In this document: piece after piece, positions 60,620-64,000 of the stretch | How positions within the stretch are numbered: the stretch's first letter is position 1 | Layout of the letters: each line of letters opens with the position of its first letter | DNA from: the human T2T-CHM13v2.0 reference genome, Homo sapiens | DNA length: 64,000 nt | Direction: 5' to 3' (one strand) | Assembly: GCF_009914755.1 (NCBI RefSeq) | Contig: NC_060931.1 | Made by a program: the position numbers and the translations under genes | The notes under the pieces: model-generated | Seen by the model: only the letters and a program-made list of their open reading frames with translations | Databases searched by the model: none | What the model was told of the DNA's origin: nothing

Positions 60620-61190
60620 TGCAACAAATATGGCACCTTTTGTGTCCTAAGCCCCACACTGGACTCTGAGGATCTAAGAGTAAATGAGACATGTGTCCAT
60701 CCCCAAGAAGTTTTCAGTCTGCTGATAGACACATGTATAGAAAAACTGCAAATAAACACAGTAAGAGAGGTGGCAGGAATATATCACAGAAACCTGGAAG
60801 AAAACATTACCATCTGCCCTGAATGCTTGGGGAAATCTTTACAGAGAGGATGATATTTATGCTGGGTTTTGATGTATTCATAGGAGTTTGCAGGAAAACT
60901 GCAAATAAACACAGTAAGAGAGGTGTCAGGAATGTATCACAGAAACCTGGAAAAAAACATTACCATCTGCCCTGAATGCTTGGGAAAACCTTTACAGAGA
61001 GGATGATATTTATGCTGAGTTTTGAGGTATTCATAGGAGTTTGCTAAGTAGAAAGTAAGTGAAGGAGTGGGGAAGACATTTGACGCAGAAAAGACATACA
61101 AAAGCATGGCTTGAAAGCCTACAGGGTGGGGCATAGTGTATTTCTGATGCTCAGGGTATGTGTATATGGGGGATGAGGCTGGAGAGGGGA
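60620..61190 (-). mobile_element. L2 3' region
   Basis: CAACAAATAT...AATGAGACA..TGTCC.TCCCCAAGAAG.TT.CAGTCT; GCAGAAAAGACA..CAAAAGCATGG. Confidence 0.6.
60739..61044 (+). repeat. Tandem duplication, 2 x 153 bp, about 95% identical
   Basis: 60739-60891 vs 60892-61044; 8 substitutions, no gaps. Confidence 0.95.
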
Positions 61191-61714
61191 CCTCTTCTAG
61201 TTGTTTCTAATGATATTGCAATCACCTAAGACCCCAAGCCTGGCACACCGTACCCACTGGAGCGGGGAGACCTAGGTTGAGTTCATGGGGTAGGGCTGGA
61301 GCAGGGAGCTCTTACCTTCAGAGGGCCTCTTTTTCATCCTAAATCTGAATGTCTAGAGAATTCCATACCCAGAAATGTCAAAGGCTTGGATCAAAGCTGC
61401 AGATCTCTGAGTCAGAGGGAGTTGGAAAAGAAGGAGCAACAGAAGCAAGTTGTTCCAGCCAGGTTTGAATGGGGGATGGCACTTTCCTGTTTCATGCACG
61501 TGTGCCTTGTCTTTTCAAATCAATTATATTCTACTTGAAGGCAAGAGAAATGGTTTAAGAAATTTGTTAAAGTATTATGAAAACATAGAGAAGTCGTATC
61601 AATTGCCCAAGGTGATAGAGTTAGCAGGGGCAGATATAGGGTTTTACGGGCACTTGGAAACGAAGCACTGGTCCCTGTCCTGTGTCTCAGATCTCATACA
61701 CAGTTTGTGCTTAG

Positions 61715-62111
<397 letters not shown>

Positions 62112-62400
62112 TCTTGGTCCTGTTTTATGGAAAAACATCTATTAAGGGAGCAGAGAGGATGACAAGGTCTTGGGTAGGGGATGGGGAGAGGGATCACTGT
62201 CATCAAATATTTGCAGGAATTTTATATACAAAAAGGAGTTGCTTTGTCCCATGTGGACTTGGAGGCCATCCTGGACTTGCAATAGAAGTTGCAGTGAGGC
62301 TGATTTCTCCCTAACTGCTGGTGCTACCTGAAAGTTCCATGGGCTGTCTAGAAAGAGTAAGCCTCCCAGGACGAGAGGCAGAAACATCATAGATATTGTC

Positions 62401-62645
62401 AAGGAACTTCTTCCTCTTGGTTGGTGACCCCACCAAATGATTTGCAGTGTCTCTTCCAATTTGGAGATGCTGTACATCTCTTGACACTTCTATAATTCTG
62501 CCATTCTCCCTGACTCCCAGGAGAGCCCAGGATCTGTGAAGACATCAGAAGTTGAGTGCTGGGCCGACTGAAACACACAGACCTTTGCTTTAATTATTCC
62601 ACTGTGTGAGATCCATTTGCCAAGGGAAATGGGGAAAGTATTTTT
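62401..62645 (+). repeat. Left arm of a ~245-bp inverted duplication
   Basis: Reverse complement of 63532-63775; 15 substitutions and 2 small indels. Confidence 0.97.
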
Positions 62646-62759
62646 AGCCAAGGCATTTGCTTTTAGGGGACTCATTCTCCTAGAAATATTCTACTCCTCC
62701 TCTTTTATGCTGTACCTTATTATTCCCCAGGAGTTTTACTCCTTGAGACACTATTTGGA

Positions 62760-63075
62760 TTTTTTAAAATCTTTTTTTAATCTTTTTTTTTTTTGAGACA
62801 GTCTTGCTCTGTCACCAAGCCTGGAGTGCAGTGGTATGATCCCAGCTCTCTGTACTCCTGGGCTCAAGTGACCCTCCTGCGTCAGCCTCCCAAGTAGCTG
62901 GGACCACAGGTACATGCCAACACATCCTGATAATTTTTATTTTTATTTTTATTTTGTAGAGATGGAAGTCTCACTATGTTGCCCAGGCTGGCCTCGAACT
63001 CCTGGACTCAAGCAATTCTCTTGCCTCAGCCTCCCAAAGTGCTGGTGTTATAGGCATGAGCCTCTGTGCCCAGCC
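62760..63075 (-). mobile_element. AluJ (in the inverted-repeat spacer)
   Basis: CTCCTGGGCTCAAGTG; CACTATGTTGCCCAGGCTGG. Confidence 0.92.
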
Positions 63076-63210
63076 TCTTTTTCATCCTTAAACTGGTTTG
63101 ATTCCAAAAGAATTATAAACCCAGGTGTTAAATTTCAACATATAGAGATGACATCCTATTGATCGTCACAGCGGCTCATCCTCCTGAGTGGGCAGCTGAC
63201 TTCGCAGTGC

Positions 63211-63381
63211 AGGGATTCCCCTATGTGTGCACTTTGGAAGCCCTTGGACAGTTGGAGAAGTCCCCATGCTCAGGCTATACTCCGATGGATTATATCAGAA
63301 AATCTGGGTGGGGTCAGGCACTAGAGGTCTTTAAAGTTGCCTGGATGGTTCCAACGTGCGGTCACGTCTGAGAGTCGCTGC
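63211..63381. mobile_element. MER5A1/MER5B-like (in the inverted-repeat spacer)
   Basis: ATCAGAA.ATCTGGGTGGGGTCAGGCA...TTTAAAG...CTGAGAGTCGCTG. Confidence 0.55.
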
Positions 63382-63531
63382 TTGAGATGCATCCTGGATT
63401 CTGCCTGGCAGGACTCATGGGCCCCTGTTCCCTTTCGGAGCTTAGAGGGATTGAGCAAAGCCACTTTCAGTTTTTCCACTTGCCAGGCAGGTGCTTGAGG
63501 AAGTTATTTGACTGCTCAGAGCCACCGGAGC

Positions 63532-63775
63532 AAAAATACTTTCCCCAATTTCCCTTGGCAAATGAATCTCACACAGCAGAATAACTAAAGCAAAGGTCTG
63601 TGTTTCAGTCAGCCTAGCACTCAGCTTCTGAGGTCTTCACAGATCCCGGGTTCTCCTGGGAGTCAGGGAGAATGGCAGAATTATAGAAGTGTCAAGAGAT
63701 GCATAGCATCTCCAAACTGGAAGAGACACTGCAAATCATTTGGTGGGGTCACCAACCAAGAGGAGGAAGCTCCTT
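63532..63775 (-). repeat. Right arm of the ~245-bp inverted duplication
   Basis: See 62401-62645. Confidence 0.97.
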
Positions 63776-64000
63776 CCTCCGTGAAATGGAGACCCTGGAA
63801 GGTTGGCTTCGTGTGCCTTGAATCCCTGAGGTAGTGCCTGGCAGGGGGCTTGCCCTGGTGCCCTTGGCTGTGACAGTGGTGGTGATCGTGACAACCGTAA
63901 GGAACACTGGCTGGGCATTCTTCTGTGGAGGTGTAGCCTCTGTGCCAAGTGTGTCTCAGCTTTTTGCACGTGTACTTCATTTATTCCTCTTAGGAATCGG

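Noticed and set aside
62401-63775. Inverted arms as TIRs of a new DNA transposon
   Set aside because: No target-site duplication (flanks ATTGTC and CCTCCG), no recognisable terminal motif, and the spacer holds only older AluJ/MER5 and ordinary DNA.

Overview
Primate (hominoid, probably human) non-coding genomic DNA. I recognise no protein-coding exon, RNA gene, CRISPR array or CpG island. The ORF-track entries I checked come from Alu, L1, LTR or simple-repeat sequence or look like chance ORFs; two are transposon relics: the THE1-internal ORF remnant (13689-14075) and a hAT transposase C-terminal fragment (51874-52122, minus). Roughly 60% of the window (by-eye estimate) is interspersed repeat: about 40 Alus/monomers, old L1 fragments (mostly minus strand), MIR/L2, many MaLR and ERV1 LTRs including a full-length THE1A provirus with TSD, and hAT/Tigger DNA transposons, often nested. 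The structures least explained by standard repeats are local duplications. The largest is a ~245-bp, ~93%-identical inverted duplication of apparently unique DNA with an 886-bp spacer (62401-63775). There is also an ungapped 179-bp, ~87% dispersed direct repeat (30354/31801) and a 153-bp tandem duplication (60739-61044). Also notable are a near-full-length fossil Charlie2-type transposase and a tandemly duplicated STAT/steroid-receptor composite motif in an LTR. I found no evidence for a genuinely new biological system. Subfamily names come from remembered consensus sequences and need Dfam/RepeatMasker confirmation; boundaries of old elements are approximate.
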